Source: a virus
Lineage: Duplodnaviria > Caudoviricetes
Virus record (IMG/VR): IMGVR_UViG_3300045825_000308
Location: 1-63,472 of that record
Length of the DNA: 63,472 nucleotides
Direction: 5' to 3' (one strand)
Positions 50,353-60,987 of this stretch are shown one piece after another. Each line of letters starts with the position of its first letter. Position 1 is the first letter of the stretch. The position numbers and the translations under genes are program-made. The notes below the pieces were generated by a model. It saw only the letters and a program-made list of their open reading frames with translations. It searched no databases and was not told the DNA's origin.

Positions 50353-50353
50353 T

Positions 50354-50899
50354 ATGAAAGCATTATTGATTTTATCTTTAGTTCTGTTAGTTTCTTGTAA
50401 TGGTGGTCCTGGAGTTGGTCCAGCCGCTTCTCCAACAACTGCACAGCCAACGGCATCTAACCCAACTAATGGAATCAATTGGAACAGTAGACTCGATAAC
50501 AACGCGCAAGCAATTTCTTATGATATTGCAATTGGTTTTATGTCTTATTACTCCTCAACAAGTCATTTTGCCGATAGCGATGTTTGGACTATACCAGAAT
50601 TTATTAATATTGATAATGATTCTCTAAATGCAATTCAATCTGATGATTATGTAGAGCTTCAAATAGCTGGAAGAACTCATTGCCGATATAATAAAGTAAC
50701 TAATTACTTTCAATTTCAATCTTGTCAAACTGTAAATCCAGCAATCACATGGACCATGGCCGCAGGTGATTCATATTATCAATCAGACTTGAATGGAAAT
50801 TCTATAGCAATGGATAAAGATAAAGTAATATTTGTTTTAAAGTCTGGTGTAATGAATCGCGTTATGAATGGCCATATTACTTTTAGTTATGATTTATAG
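50354..50899 (+). CDS. lipoprotein
   Basis: MKALLILSLVLLVS-C lipobox; Pro/Thr linker. Confidence 0.75.
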   Translation: MKALLILSLVLLVSCNGGPGVGPAASPTTAQPTASNPTNGINWNSRLDNNAQAISYDIAIGFMSYYSSTSHFADSDVWTIPEFINIDNDSLNAIQSDDYVELQIAGRTHCRYNKVTNYFQFQSCQTVNPAITWTMAAGDSYYQSDLNGNSIAMDKDKVIFVLKSGVMNRVMNGHITFSYDL

Positions 50900-50907
50900 G
50901 AAAACAT

Positions 50908-51306
50908 ATGTCAGAAAATTATTTTGAATATATTGGAAAACAACTGTCAGGAATAGTCGAAAGAAGTGGTTTAACTATGTGGCAGGTTGTCGATCACTTG
51001 GGCATGAATAGCACTCAAACTTTATCAGCAGTTCTAGCTGGAAGAACTCTTCTCCAACCACGCTATCATGAAAGATTCGCAGAATTATTTAAAGACGAAA
51101 TCCCAGATAAAGAAGCATTCTATAAGAAAATAGATGATGCACATCGTAGAAGAGATGTAGAAATCTTTCAAGAAAAAAGAGTAGGAAAGAGAAAGAAAAT
51201 ACTTATCTTAGAGAATATACCTGAAGAAGAAAGGAAAGGCAGAGTCGGTCAAAGAAAAAGATGGTGGGAACAAAAGCAAGCTGAAGTATTATTAAACGTA
51301 GGATAA
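50908..51306 (+). CDS. XRE-type HTH protein
   Basis: SGLTMWQVVDHLGMNSTQTLSAVLAG. Confidence 0.6.
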   Translation: MSENYFEYIGKQLSGIVERSGLTMWQVVDHLGMNSTQTLSAVLAGRTLLQPRYHERFAELFKDEIPDKEAFYKKIDDAHRRRDVEIFQEKRVGKRKKILILENIPEEERKGRVGQRKRWWEQKQAEVLLNVG

Positions 51307-51371
51307 CCTTTATAAGGAATTAAAATGTTTGTTAATAAAAAGATCTTAGCTGCTGACGCTGAATGTTTTCA
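51304..51371 (+). repeat. 68-bp direct repeat, copy 1
   Basis: identical to 52314-52381. Confidence 0.95.
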
Positions 51372-51386
51372 GTCTATAATACTTAT

Positions 51387-52181
51387 ATGATTAGATTATG
51401 GCACGGAGATTGTTTAGAGAAGATGAAGGATATACCCTCTAAGAGTATAGACCTCATACTAACTGACCCACCTTACGGGACAACCGCTTGTAAGTGGGAC
51501 GCTATTATACCTTTTGATCTAATGTGGTTAGAATTGAATAGAGTCATTAAAGACAATGGTGCAATCGTATTATTTGGCGGTGAACCTTTTAGTAGCCATT
51601 TACGAACGAGCAATTTAGGTATGTTTAAGTATGATTGGTACTGGAATAAGTCTAGTAACTCAGGATTTGTAAATGCTAAATTAAAGCCAATGAACACCGT
51701 TGAGACAATATCTGTTTTTAGTAAAGGTAAAACTTCAAATGGCAATAAAAACAATATGCTATATTTTCCACAAGGATTATTGCCTTACGGCAAAATAACG
51801 AAAAACGGCAATAAGCCTACAAAGGAAAATTCACCTGGCCGTACAAATAATAAATCTTCAAATGGTGGATATTTACAAGAGTTCACTAACTACCCCAAAA
51901 ACTATTTAAGTTTTGATATGGTTCGGGCTGGTGCAGTTCACCCCACCCAAAAACCAGTTGCTCTACTAGAATATCTAATCAAAACATATACTTTAGAGAA
52001 TGAAACCGTACTAGATTTCACTATGGGCAGTGGTAGTACAGGTATAGCTTGTATAAATACTAAACGTAAGTTTATAGGCATAGAGAAAGATGATAAGTAT
52101 TTCCAAGTAGCTAAAGATAGAATAGATAGTCGAATCTTGGATCACTGTGAAGAAGTATCTAACTTCGCCCCTGCTATCTAA
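51387..52181 (+). CDS. DNA amino-methyltransferase (N6-A/N4-C, beta class)
   Basis: GDCLE; TDPPY; HPTQKP; LDFTMGSGSTG. Confidence 0.92.
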   Translation: MIRLWHGDCLEKMKDIPSKSIDLILTDPPYGTTACKWDAIIPFDLMWLELNRVIKDNGAIVLFGGEPFSSHLRTSNLGMFKYDWYWNKSSNSGFVNAKLKPMNTVETISVFSKGKTSNGNKNNMLYFPQGLLPYGKITKNGNKPTKENSPGRTNNKSSNGGYLQEFTNYPKNYLSFDMVRAGAVHPTQKPVALLEYLIKTYTLENETVLDFTMGSGSTGIACINTKRKFIGIEKDDKYFQVAKDRIDSRILDHCEEVSNFAPAI

Positions 52182-52313
52182 GCCCATAAGTCATTATAAC
52201 ACAAACAGTCAAATATTTGACGCTTATTGTTGAGTATTGTGTTATAAATGAATTTTTATAGGTAGTTAGATGATTAAACTATTTTGTTTAGAACAGGGAA
52301 ATGGGCCAGTTTT

Positions 52314-52381
52314 TAACCTTTATAAGGAATTAAAATGTTTGTTAATAAAAAGATCTTAGCTGCTGACGCTGAATGTTTTCA
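52314..52381 (+). repeat. 68-bp direct repeat, copy 2
   Basis: identical to 51304-51371. Confidence 0.95.
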
Positions 52382-52919
52382 CGATGTCAGACCACCATTC
52401 ACATTCGGAGCTTCTGAGTATTTAGGCAATGCTGTGACCTGCACACTAACGAATGAAGGCGAATATAAAGACTGGGTGGGTGATAATACAATCTTTGCTA
52501 TGTGGAAATATGCAATCAACTTCGATATGTTATTAACATACAACGGATTAAGTTTTGATTATCCATTATGGGGTGGTTCAATTCTTGGACCAGAACATTT
52601 AGAAGCTAGAAAATTCTTTGAGAAATCTTTTAAAGGAAGAACAATAGATTTGTGTTTAGATTTCTTTGATGCTCTAGGCGTTAGAGTGGGTTTAGATTCC
52701 GTGTCTATTCCTACTCTCGGAGATGTCAAAGAAATGCAGGGAAAATTTGCGCCTCAAATGTGGAGAGAGGGTAATTGCCTGGAAACAATTACTTATTGCA
52801 GAGGTGATGTCAGAAGAACTTATGGTCTATTAGATAGAATAATCAAAGGTGAAAAACTTAAACATCAAAAGAAAGATGGAACTATCATAGAATTTACTTG
52901 CACACCAAAACTTAGATAA
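52335..52919 (+). CDS. RNase H-fold DEDD-type 3'-5' exonuclease (YprB-like)
   Basis: DAE; YNGLSFDYP; YCRGDV. Confidence 0.8.
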   Translation: MFVNKKILAADAECFHDVRPPFTFGASEYLGNAVTCTLTNEGEYKDWVGDNTIFAMWKYAINFDMLLTYNGLSFDYPLWGGSILGPEHLEARKFFEKSFKGRTIDLCLDFFDALGVRVGLDSVSIPTLGDVKEMQGKFAPQMWREGNCLETITYCRGDVRRTYGLLDRIIKGEKLKHQKKDGTIIEFTCTPKLR

Positions 52920-53015
52920 CAATTAATAGACTCCTCCATGAGTCAAATAATCTTCCATGATAACAAATATTTACAACACGCCGATTAAAAGCAATTCTGT
53001 TAAGTAATATTAACT

Positions 53016-53306
53016 ATGAATTTTACACTAACAGAAATTATTTTAGCTATCGGTTTATTAGTATCTTTAATCTTTTATGGTAGTCTAGTAGCTAGATATA
53101 CTGTAATGAGAATGGGATATACTGAAACACTAAAACATAATAAAACTCTTTATGAACTATATTGTCAAAGTCATGCATCTGGCATGGGTTTATTAGAATC
53201 TTTAAATAACGCCTTAGCTTATCAGAAGTCCTTAGAAGAAAAGAATTATAAACTATCTATGGAAAATCTGCAATTAAAATTCAGAGATCCGCCAAAATTA
53301 ATGTAA
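53016..53306 (+). CDS. membrane-anchored hypothetical protein
   Basis: N-terminal TM helix followed by coiled coil. Confidence 0.55.
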   Translation: MNFTLTEIILAIGLLVSLIFYGSLVARYTVMRMGYTETLKHNKTLYELYCQSHASGMGLLESLNNALAYQKSLEEKNYKLSMENLQLKFRDPPKLM

Positions 53307-53338
53307 GATATACATATAATATTTTGGAGGTTTTAATC

Positions 53339-55062
53339 ATGGAAGATTTAAAAATTGCCAATGAACTTCTGAAGTCTGAGATTATACAGCTCACACATAA
53401 GAACAAAGTTTATCAGGAAGTAGTTGAATACTATGCAAATCCGTTAAACAAATATGATCAAGGTGTAATTGCCAGGAAGGCATTTAAAAATTTAACAATT
53501 AAAAATTATAAGTATAATAGGATAAATGATTTAATGTTTAATCCTATTGCAACATATTCAGGAAGTGATGATTATGAATAAATTAATAGTAGATCAAGAT
53601 TTTATTAATAACTTTTCAATTGCTAAAGTGAAAGACTACGAAGGTTGTCCAGATGCTTTAAGAATGTTAATATTGAGATTTGGTCATGGCTCTGATGTTC
53701 TTTCCAGAAGGAAAGCAGACTTTATTAAAATAGCAACAGAAGATAACAAACCGCATTGGATTATCAACTTCTTATGCAATATGTTAAAAGAAGAATATAA
53801 GATCTCATTCTATCAAGATTATCTAAAGACCTGCTTAAATGTATGTCCAGACAATAAAATGGTCCAGGATTGTCTCCAGGACATCCAGGAAGTCAAAAAT
53901 CTAGGCACTTCTGGCTTATTTGATTACATTCAGAACCTAGAAGATCTTATTAAACAAAAAGAGTTTGAACTAAGCAGTGCACAATCTTTTGATGATGGGA
54001 TTCAAACTAACTATGAAAAGTCTGTTTGTCAAAGTATTTTGATAGTTTTAAAAGATACTAATAAAGTTTACACTCGTTCTTTAACTGCTGCGTTGCAAAA
54101 GATAGCTGAAGCTAAATCAATTCTAGATTTAGACAACTCAAGAGATAATATCAAATTAAAAACTATTGCATTGAAGCTAATAGATTTCTCGGAAATATTT
54201 GAGGATTAAATATGAAAAGCACTAAAATGATGGATGGCGATAAAAAAAGAGTGTCACCCGTTCTCCAAGAAAAAATGAAAGCTTTAGATGAAAGAACAAT
54301 CATTAAAATTAATGGGCATGAAATTCTTATGAAAGATTATATGATTGATCCTAAATATTATAATAATCTACCGTTTAAAGATACGTCCGCTGATGAAGTA
54401 TTATTGGAATGCAAACACAACCTAGAAGAAAAAAGCAAGATTGCAAGGCCAATAGATTATGTGGATTATAAACAGGATACTTAATTACTTTGAAACAAAA
54501 AAGATTAAACAATCTATTCGTCGCTTAACTAAAATCACTATCTCTAATCAAGAAATTCGAGATATCGAAATCAAATCTGAATTGTTTTTATTGCCAGGAA
54601 GATACTCCTTAGTTTATAGAGATAAGTTTTCTAACACTCAAATGAAACGATTCACTATACAAGAACCAATAGACATTTCAATTAAAGACATCTTTTCTTT
54701 GAAGTAATATATGAAGAATTTCACAGGAGAATTATATGAATATTGATAATGTTAATAAATTTAATAAAGAAGCAACTAAACTATTAAAGAAGTATAAGGG
54801 TAAAGCATTCTTTGTAACAGAAGAAACTATCGAAAAAAATAAAGAGCAGATGAGAATGACTAGTGATCTAGTATTAGAAGCAACGAAAGAAGTCTTTAAC
54901 ATTTGCGTCAAACAAAATATTAGCGCGATAGACAGTAAACATTTTGGAAACTTTATTATTGATATGACTAAACTTTATTGGAATAATTTTGGAGCTATCA
55001 CAAATGAAACACAACAAGCTGAATCACAGCCTATAGGAGAATCAAATGAACACTCAAACTGA
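53339..55062 (+). CDS. run of five small hypothetical genes (53339-53581, ~53574-54209, 54212-54484, 54459-54707, 54736-55062)
   Basis: tightly packed co-oriented ORFs, several with RBS. Confidence 0.55.
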
Positions 55063-55504
55063 ATCAACAAATCCCGAACTAGTTCCATCAAATCTAGGCG
55101 AAGCAATACCGGCTGCACCAGAAACAAAGCCTCTTCCTCCAAAGATTGAAGACTTTGATGTTAAAGAAACTCTTGTCTTTGATTTAACAGATGCAGAACT
55201 TTTAGAGATTGGAAAGAATGTTGCCACTCTTTCTGCTGAAAAAAGATCTAAAGAAGCTTTGTTAAAAGGATATATTGCAGATCGTAAAGATGAAATCAAA
55301 GGACTTGAAGCTGATATTCGTTTCAATGTAAAACTAATTGAAGTTAGAAAGCAAGGCAAAGAAGTTGATTGCATAATGAGAAAAGATTATACTAGAGGAA
55401 TTGTTCAGTTCATCTTTGCTGGAAATGTAATGAAAGAAAGAGCCCTTGAGCATCATGAAAAAGTTCGTCCTCAAGATAATACAATGTCTTCTGTTAATCA
55501 ATAA
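55046..55504 (+). CDS. hypothetical coiled-coil protein
   Basis: AGGAG RBS. Confidence 0.65.
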   Translation: MNTQTESTNPELVPSNLGEAIPAAPETKPLPPKIEDFDVKETLVFDLTDAELLEIGKNVATLSAEKRSKEALLKGYIADRKDEIKGLEADIRFNVKLIEVRKQGKEVDCIMRKDYTRGIVQFIFAGNVMKERALEHHEKVRPQDNTMSSVNQ

Positions 55505-55514
55505 GGATTGAATC

Positions 55515-55748
55515 ATGTCTAAGTTTAAAGTCACTGCTGTAATTACTTTGTCTCTAGATATTATGGCAGATACAGAAAAGCAAGCTCTTGAGTTAGCTAA
55601 AGATCAATTTGATATTGAAGATCATCTGAATGTTTTAGATGAATCTATTAAGTTTACAAAAGCTAAAATTGATGAGAATGAAGATGAAGATGTTGTTTTT
55701 GAATCTTATGGTTCTGACGACGATGAAGATGAAGAGTATGATGATTAA
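55515..55748 (+). CDS. small acidic protein
   Basis: AAGGA RBS; D/E-rich tail. Confidence 0.6.
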   Translation: MSKFKVTAVITLSLDIMADTEKQALELAKDQFDIEDHLNVLDESIKFTKAKIDENEDEDVVFESYGSDDDEDEEYDD

Positions 55749-55770
55749 ATAGGTCTCGCGAGGAAGAGTA

Positions 55771-55838
55771 ATACTTATAGCTCAGTTGGGAGAGTGGTAG
55801 TTTCTATCGGGTCGCAGGTTCGAGTCCTGTTAAGTATT
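55771..55838 (+). ncRNA. tRNA-like RNA with a collapsed 3-nt anticodon loop
   Basis: acceptor ATACTTA/TAAGTAT; D arm GCTC-AGTTGGGA-GAGT; T arm GCAGG-TTCGAGT-CCTGT; GGTAG-TTT-CTATC. Confidence 0.75.
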
Positions 55839-55840
55839 GT

Positions 55841-55876
55841 GGGGGAGTAGTTTAAAATGCTCCCCTCTCTTTTTTT
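55841..55876 (+). terminator. rho-independent terminator
   Basis: GGGGAGTA/TGCTCCCC stem followed by T-rich tail. Confidence 0.7.
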
Positions 55877-55885
55877 AAGGATAGT

Positions 55886-56098
55886 ATGTTAAGTTTTAAG
55901 TTTAGTAAGAGTAGACCATTACAAATTAAAGATACTATAACGCAAGAAGTTATAGAGTTAATAGTTCCTGAAGATTATAAGAATAATAGTATGACTATTA
56001 ATTTAAATATATCTCAACGTTTTCAAATAATTAGAAAGTCAGCAGATGCTGATTCAAAACCAAAGGAAGTATCCGATGAATCAAGCCATAATTGTTAG
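55886..56098 (+). CDS. CsrA-like small protein (tentative)
   Basis: 70 aa; ML.F...LQI.D...IELIV...MTINLN...QIIR beta pattern. Confidence 0.4.
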   Translation: MLSFKFSKSRPLQIKDTITQEVIELIVPEDYKNNSMTINLNISQRFQIIRKSADADSKPKEVSDESSHNC

Positions 56099-56128
56099 AA
56101 GTATAATCAGACAATATTCAATAGGAGA

Positions 56129-57475
56129 TTGCTAATGAAGAAGTTAAGATTACTTTTATTAAAGTATAAAATGGGTTTCAAATGTCTGTGGTGGTTATTC
56201 AGATATAGAAAAGAAGAACTAACTACAGCTAAAGTTTATTTGTGTGCACCGTTTCAAGCACCACATCTTGGGGAAGTGTTTTATATTCTTGATCATACAA
56301 ATGGTTCTTGCTTCATGACTAATCATAATAATCAGGAAGACAGAATCAAAACAGTCTTTTCTCCAACTTGTTATCTAATGCATAAGTCGAAAAAGATGTT
56401 AGTTAACTTTAAAAGAAATCAAACATTAATGTTGGCGCCTTTTTCTTTTGTTAATATGCCGGCTGGTCTTTCTTATAATAATATGAAGAAGTTTTATAAA
56501 GGTCACAACGTTCAATTCCTTTACACAACAGTGGTGAGACTATGAGAACAACCGACTGGCCTAACTTAAATAATCAAAACAAATCTCCGATCACTTCAGA
56601 GTTGATGCAAGATTATGCTGTAACCAGAAAAGAATCTAAGAAAGTTCTTAACAAGATTTATCTGTTTGCAATTTGCATAATGTATCTGGGTCTATTAGGA
56701 TTGTTATTTTTTGAAGGACAAGAAAATGGTTGGTGGTAGTTTTATAGTGCAGGGAATTATTAATAACACAGAAACTTTTATGTTAGCAGATAATTGTAAG
56801 ACTACTGCTATTCAAAGAGCTAAAGATAAAATTAGAGAAAAACACTTTAGAGATAGAGGTAACAAATCTTCTTTTAAAATAATTTATTATAGGAAGATTG
56901 TCTATCAAGCTTTCGTTAGTGATTATAGAAGTCGATTTACCATAGAAGTAAAATGAAAGAAACAGAACTAAGAAAAACATTAACAGCAAGTGAATGGAAG
57001 AAGTATAGAATGTGTACTCGCAAGAGGAAGTTTAGTAAAGCTAAAGCAGATATGATTATTGATGATCAAGCTAAGAAGAAAATTATTAACTACTATTATC
57101 TTTGTCCTTATTGTCAGAACTATCACATAACTTCACAGGATCGTTAATATGCAAAATAATAAACATCTCTCTATCGGAATAGTTCTTGGGGGTTATCTTG
57201 ATCAGTCAAATCATTTGATGGATCGCAAAGAGCTTAACAGAAGAATATCTGGGTTACAAAAATTAGTAACGAAACTAAACCAGGATCTTTTCCAACAAAG
57301 ATTTAACAACAAGCATAATCTTTCTATTGATGGAGTAATATCCAATAAGATAATGACTCAGGAACAAAAGTTAGAAACTCTTAGTGATGCAATGATGTGG
57401 TTAAAATACTATCATCATGATGTTGTAGACAGTCCTAATACAGAAATTGATAAATTTATACGGGAGAATAAATGA
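56129..57475 (+). CDS. run of five small hypothetical genes, including a zinc-finger protein at 56953-57147
   Basis: overlapping starts and stops; CTRKRKF...YLCPYC..YHITS. Confidence 0.55.
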
Positions 57476-57551
57476 ATCCAAATCTGTTAATAATTAATTT
57501 TCATTATTATAAATTAGATAACAAAAGAATCTATTTTATCAGGGAGTATCC

Positions 57552-57827
57552 ATGGAAGAACCAATAGAGATAATTAAACCACCAAATGATTGGCATGCCG
57601 GTACACAGATCACAATATTCCGGAGAATGTTAATAGAAAAGAGTATGGAATATCCTAAAAAACAATTCATGTTAGATTTGTCTGAAGTTGAATACATGGA
57701 TTCATGTTCTTTTAGAGTTGTATTTGATTTCTTGCCAATGTTTGGTAAAGTGATTCCGCCTAAAATAAAACATATTATCATGATGTATGATCAATGGTTA
57801 GAATCAAAGAAAGGATTAGAAAAATGA
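57552..57827 (+). CDS. STAS domain protein (anti-sigma-factor antagonist-like)
   Basis: FMLDLSEVEYMDSC matches the STAS hhDhSxVxYhDSS motif; GGAG RBS. Confidence 0.7.
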   Translation: MEEPIEIIKPPNDWHAGTQITIFRRMLIEKSMEYPKKQFMLDLSEVEYMDSCSFRVVFDFLPMFGKVIPPKIKHIIMMYDQWLESKKGLEK

Positions 57828-58147
57828 AAAAAATACCATTCTTTTACGTATCAACTTCTGTTAATTATGCTGTATTGCTAAACGATCCTAATCTTTTCAT
57901 TCAAGGATTAAATTCTCATCTAGTTAAAACATTTAATGATGTTAAAGAAAACAAAACCCAGAATTATGCTTTTGGTTCTATCTTCTTAACAGAATCAGAA
58001 TATAACAATTTCATAAGAGAAACTATTCATGGGAAAGTAGAAAAATTAGATCGCCTTTTCCAAGAAGATACTATACCAGAAGCAGTTATAAACAATATTC
58101 AATCAGATATCAAAAGAGTGTTTACTTTAATCCAAGGAGAGTTATGA
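57824..58147 (+). CDS. hypothetical protein
   Basis: ATGA-coupled to the STAS gene. Confidence 0.55.
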   Translation: MKKIPFFYVSTSVNYAVLLNDPNLFIQGLNSHLVKTFNDVKENKTQNYAFGSIFLTESEYNNFIRETIHGKVEKLDRLFQEDTIPEAVINNIQSDIKRVFTLIQGEL

Positions 58148-58521
58148 GCAAGTGGATAGTGATAAAATCCATAGAAGAAATGAAAACTTTCTATGAAACA
58201 ATCTTACCAGAATTAAGAACAATAGCTAAAGAACATGGATATGCTTTAGGTTTACATGGATCACTAACTAGAGATTTAGATCTGATAGCAGTTCCTTGGA
58301 TAGAAAACTATTCTGATAAAGAAGATCTAGCCAGAGATATTCAAAAGACAGCTTGTGGTTTTACCATGTCAGAATATAACTGGGAACAAAAACCTCATTC
58401 AAGAATGGCCACTTGCTTTCCAATATGTTTTATAGATAAAGAACTTTGGAAGGATGATAGACCTTCTTTAGGACATATTGACTTATCAGTAATTGAATTT
58501 AATCACAAAAGGATAAACTAA
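58144..58521 (+). CDS. minimal nucleotidyltransferase-like protein
   Basis: GLHGSLTRDLDLIAVPW (GS...DxD); later HIDLSV. Confidence 0.5.
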   Translation: MSKWIVIKSIEEMKTFYETILPELRTIAKEHGYALGLHGSLTRDLDLIAVPWIENYSDKEDLARDIQKTACGFTMSEYNWEQKPHSRMATCFPICFIDKELWKDDRPSLGHIDLSVIEFNHKRIN

Positions 58522-60160
58522 TGATCAATCTACAAGACCATATAGAAGACATATCAGACGACTTTCAATCAACTTTTACTCAAGTAGACCATGAGACATT
58601 AGCTAATATGTTAAATGGTCCAGATGAGTTCCAGGAAGTAACCAGGATCATTCAGAAGCATTATAAAGCAGATGTTACTTTTAAAAAAACAAATCAGTTA
58701 GGGAATAATAATTATAAGAATAGTTTCGATAATGATAACAGATAAAGTTATCTGATAAGAAATAAGTAGAAATAAATTTCATAACAAATGATCTGTTAAG
58801 GAAGTCACAATGCAACGAGTTATAAAATACATATTTCCGATAACAATATTAGTTAATCTAATTATTTGGTATTCAACAATTTCATTAATCTCTAGTGTTA
58901 TCAAGAGCTTTGGAGATTGTGATAAGAAGTATAATGTAGAGAAGTATATTAAGTCAGATTGGTTTTGTCCAATAGAAGATATATCAACTAAAGAGTTCTT
59001 TAAGAACTTTGATAAACCACATCATAAGGGGAATAGATAAATGCAACAATCATTAGTAACAGAAGATACTCAACTAACTCCACCTAATCCATTAACTAAA
59101 GATCAAATGGTAAAGCTCTCTATGATCCAAGAGAAGATAGACTTCTTATATGATCAGAAGAAAGCAATCATTCAAGAAGTTCTGACTGGACATTATTCAG
59201 TTAGTAACTGCACCAAGATTGATGGACTAGATAAACCATGGATGAGAGTAACATTAACAGATAATCTTAATGTCTTTAAAGATCAAGATGCAGTATTCCG
59301 TATGGCAACTATTAACAGATACGAATCTAAGATTGAGTTCTTAAAGAATGAACCAAAGGCAAAAGAATGAAGATCATACTCTGTATTTATCTTATCGGAA
59401 TATTGTCTGGATTATATCTAGCTAAGAAAAGAAAGGATCCTTCTTTATTCTGGTTCGCTTTCATTCCATTACTTGGAACTTACTACGCAACGAAAGTAGC
59501 AATCAACGCTTTTATTAAAGGATAATAACAATGTCAAAAGAAATGGAATATAAACTGTTCATTGAAGAATTTAAAGGTAATCCGATCTTTGCTATATGGA
59601 AGATAGATAAAGAAGGAAACAAAGTAAACCCTTCTCCAATGATATCTTTCGGTAAGAACAAAGCTAAAGAACTCTTAAAGTATTATGAAGAGCTTAAACA
59701 ATTTGTTGGAGAAGAGAATGATCAAGCTTAATGATGTCTTGCTGTTAACTGATCATGGAGAGCCGACACTTGTTCTAGTAACAGATGTTGGTCGTTTCTT
59801 TAATGATGAACTCGGACTAGAAGTCTTAACAGAAGAATCTAATGGTTCTGATAAGATGTTATTATCTAAACAATGGTTCTTAGATAATGATCATTATAGA
59901 GCAATCAATCTAGGTCAGCTCTAGTGGATAGTCTCACAGCTCATGAACTAAGATTATTGGTCCACAACACTCAGTTCTTTTCTTATAAGGGAAAGAACTA
60001 TAAAGTAATCAAATTAGTTAAGATCAAATCAGTAGTCACTAATGTTTGGTTCGATGGTGTTGAATACATTCCTTTATATGATATGCCTAAAGGAGAATGG
60101 TCAGGATCCTTTGTTAGACCACTATCAGATTTCCTAAACCTCTTTTCTCCAACAAATTAA
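58521..60160 (+). CDS. run of small hypothetical genes (58521-58745, 58810-59040, 59041-59370, 59367-59525 membrane peptide, 59531-59731, ~59718-59924, 59924-60160)
   Basis: tightly packed co-oriented ORFs. Confidence 0.5.
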
Positions 60161-60252
60161 ATAATACATTGCACAAGGTAGCTTCTCCCTATGATATAGT
60201 GGCACTTATTAGTCAAAGTATAATCAACTAACGTTAAACAAGGAGAATACAA

Positions 60253-60678
60253 ATGAACGCACCAACAAACGTTAGTCCTGAAACTGTTACTTGCTCAGCC
60301 TTTATTTCTTTAGCAGCTTATGATCAAAATGAGCTCGTCTTCATCCAACCAGATGAGGATGCCGATCTACTAGAAGATGAGAACGCTATCCCGGTTACTT
60401 TAACCTTTAATGTGCCTATCCACAAACTAAAGCTTAGAGCTATCACCTATGGAGAAGTTACTAAGTATCATCTTATTAATAACGAGCCGAATCATATTCT
60501 TCCTTATGAATTGTTTATGAATGTCTTAAGGTATCTAAGAACACAAGATTGTTTCACTAGTAAACTTAGCTGGAATCTATATCCTGGGCAACCGGTGTAT
60601 GAGTTCATTGGTAGTGGTGAAGCTATGAAAGAACTCATAGAAGCTTATCACAGTAGAGTTAAGGTAGAACTAATCTAA
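60253..60678 (+). CDS. hypothetical protein
   Basis: AAGGAG RBS. Confidence 0.65.
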   Translation: MNAPTNVSPETVTCSAFISLAAYDQNELVFIQPDEDADLLEDENAIPVTLTFNVPIHKLKLRAITYGEVTKYHLINNEPNHILPYELFMNVLRYLRTQDCFTSKLSWNLYPGQPVYEFIGSGEAMKELIEAYHSRVKVELI

Positions 60679-60987
60679 ATGGCTAAGTCAGGTTATTATG
60701 ATTCATTGAGAGAAGTCCTGGAGTTTAAACAGATTCCAGGCTCTAATGGTTATGTGATTAATTGCTTTGGTCAAGTCTTTCATCATAAGACAAAAAGATA
60801 TAAAATATATGATGGAAAGAAATGGGGAGTACATAATTATGTGGTCCTTATCATTAATGGACAACCTAAAGAGCTCTTAATCTTTAAAGTCTTATTCCAA
60901 TTATTTGGTGTGACGCATCATAAAGAAGATGAAAGGTTTGATGATATCTTATTGGCTTTGAATAGAGAAAGAAAGGGCAAAGTATAA
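60679..60987 (+). CDS. NUMOD4-like domain protein without an HNH domain
   Basis: FKQIPGSNGYVINCFGQV motif. Confidence 0.55.
   Translation: MAKSGYYDSLREVLEFKQIPGSNGYVINCFGQVFHHKTKRYKIYDGKKWGVHNYVVLIINGQPKELLIFKVLFQLFGVTHHKEDERFDDILLALNRERKGKV

Noticed and set aside
51363-51386. Longer MTase start in the ORF track
   Set aside because: Homology-like sequence begins at MIRLWHGDC (51387); the upstream ATG is an out-of-frame part of the repeat
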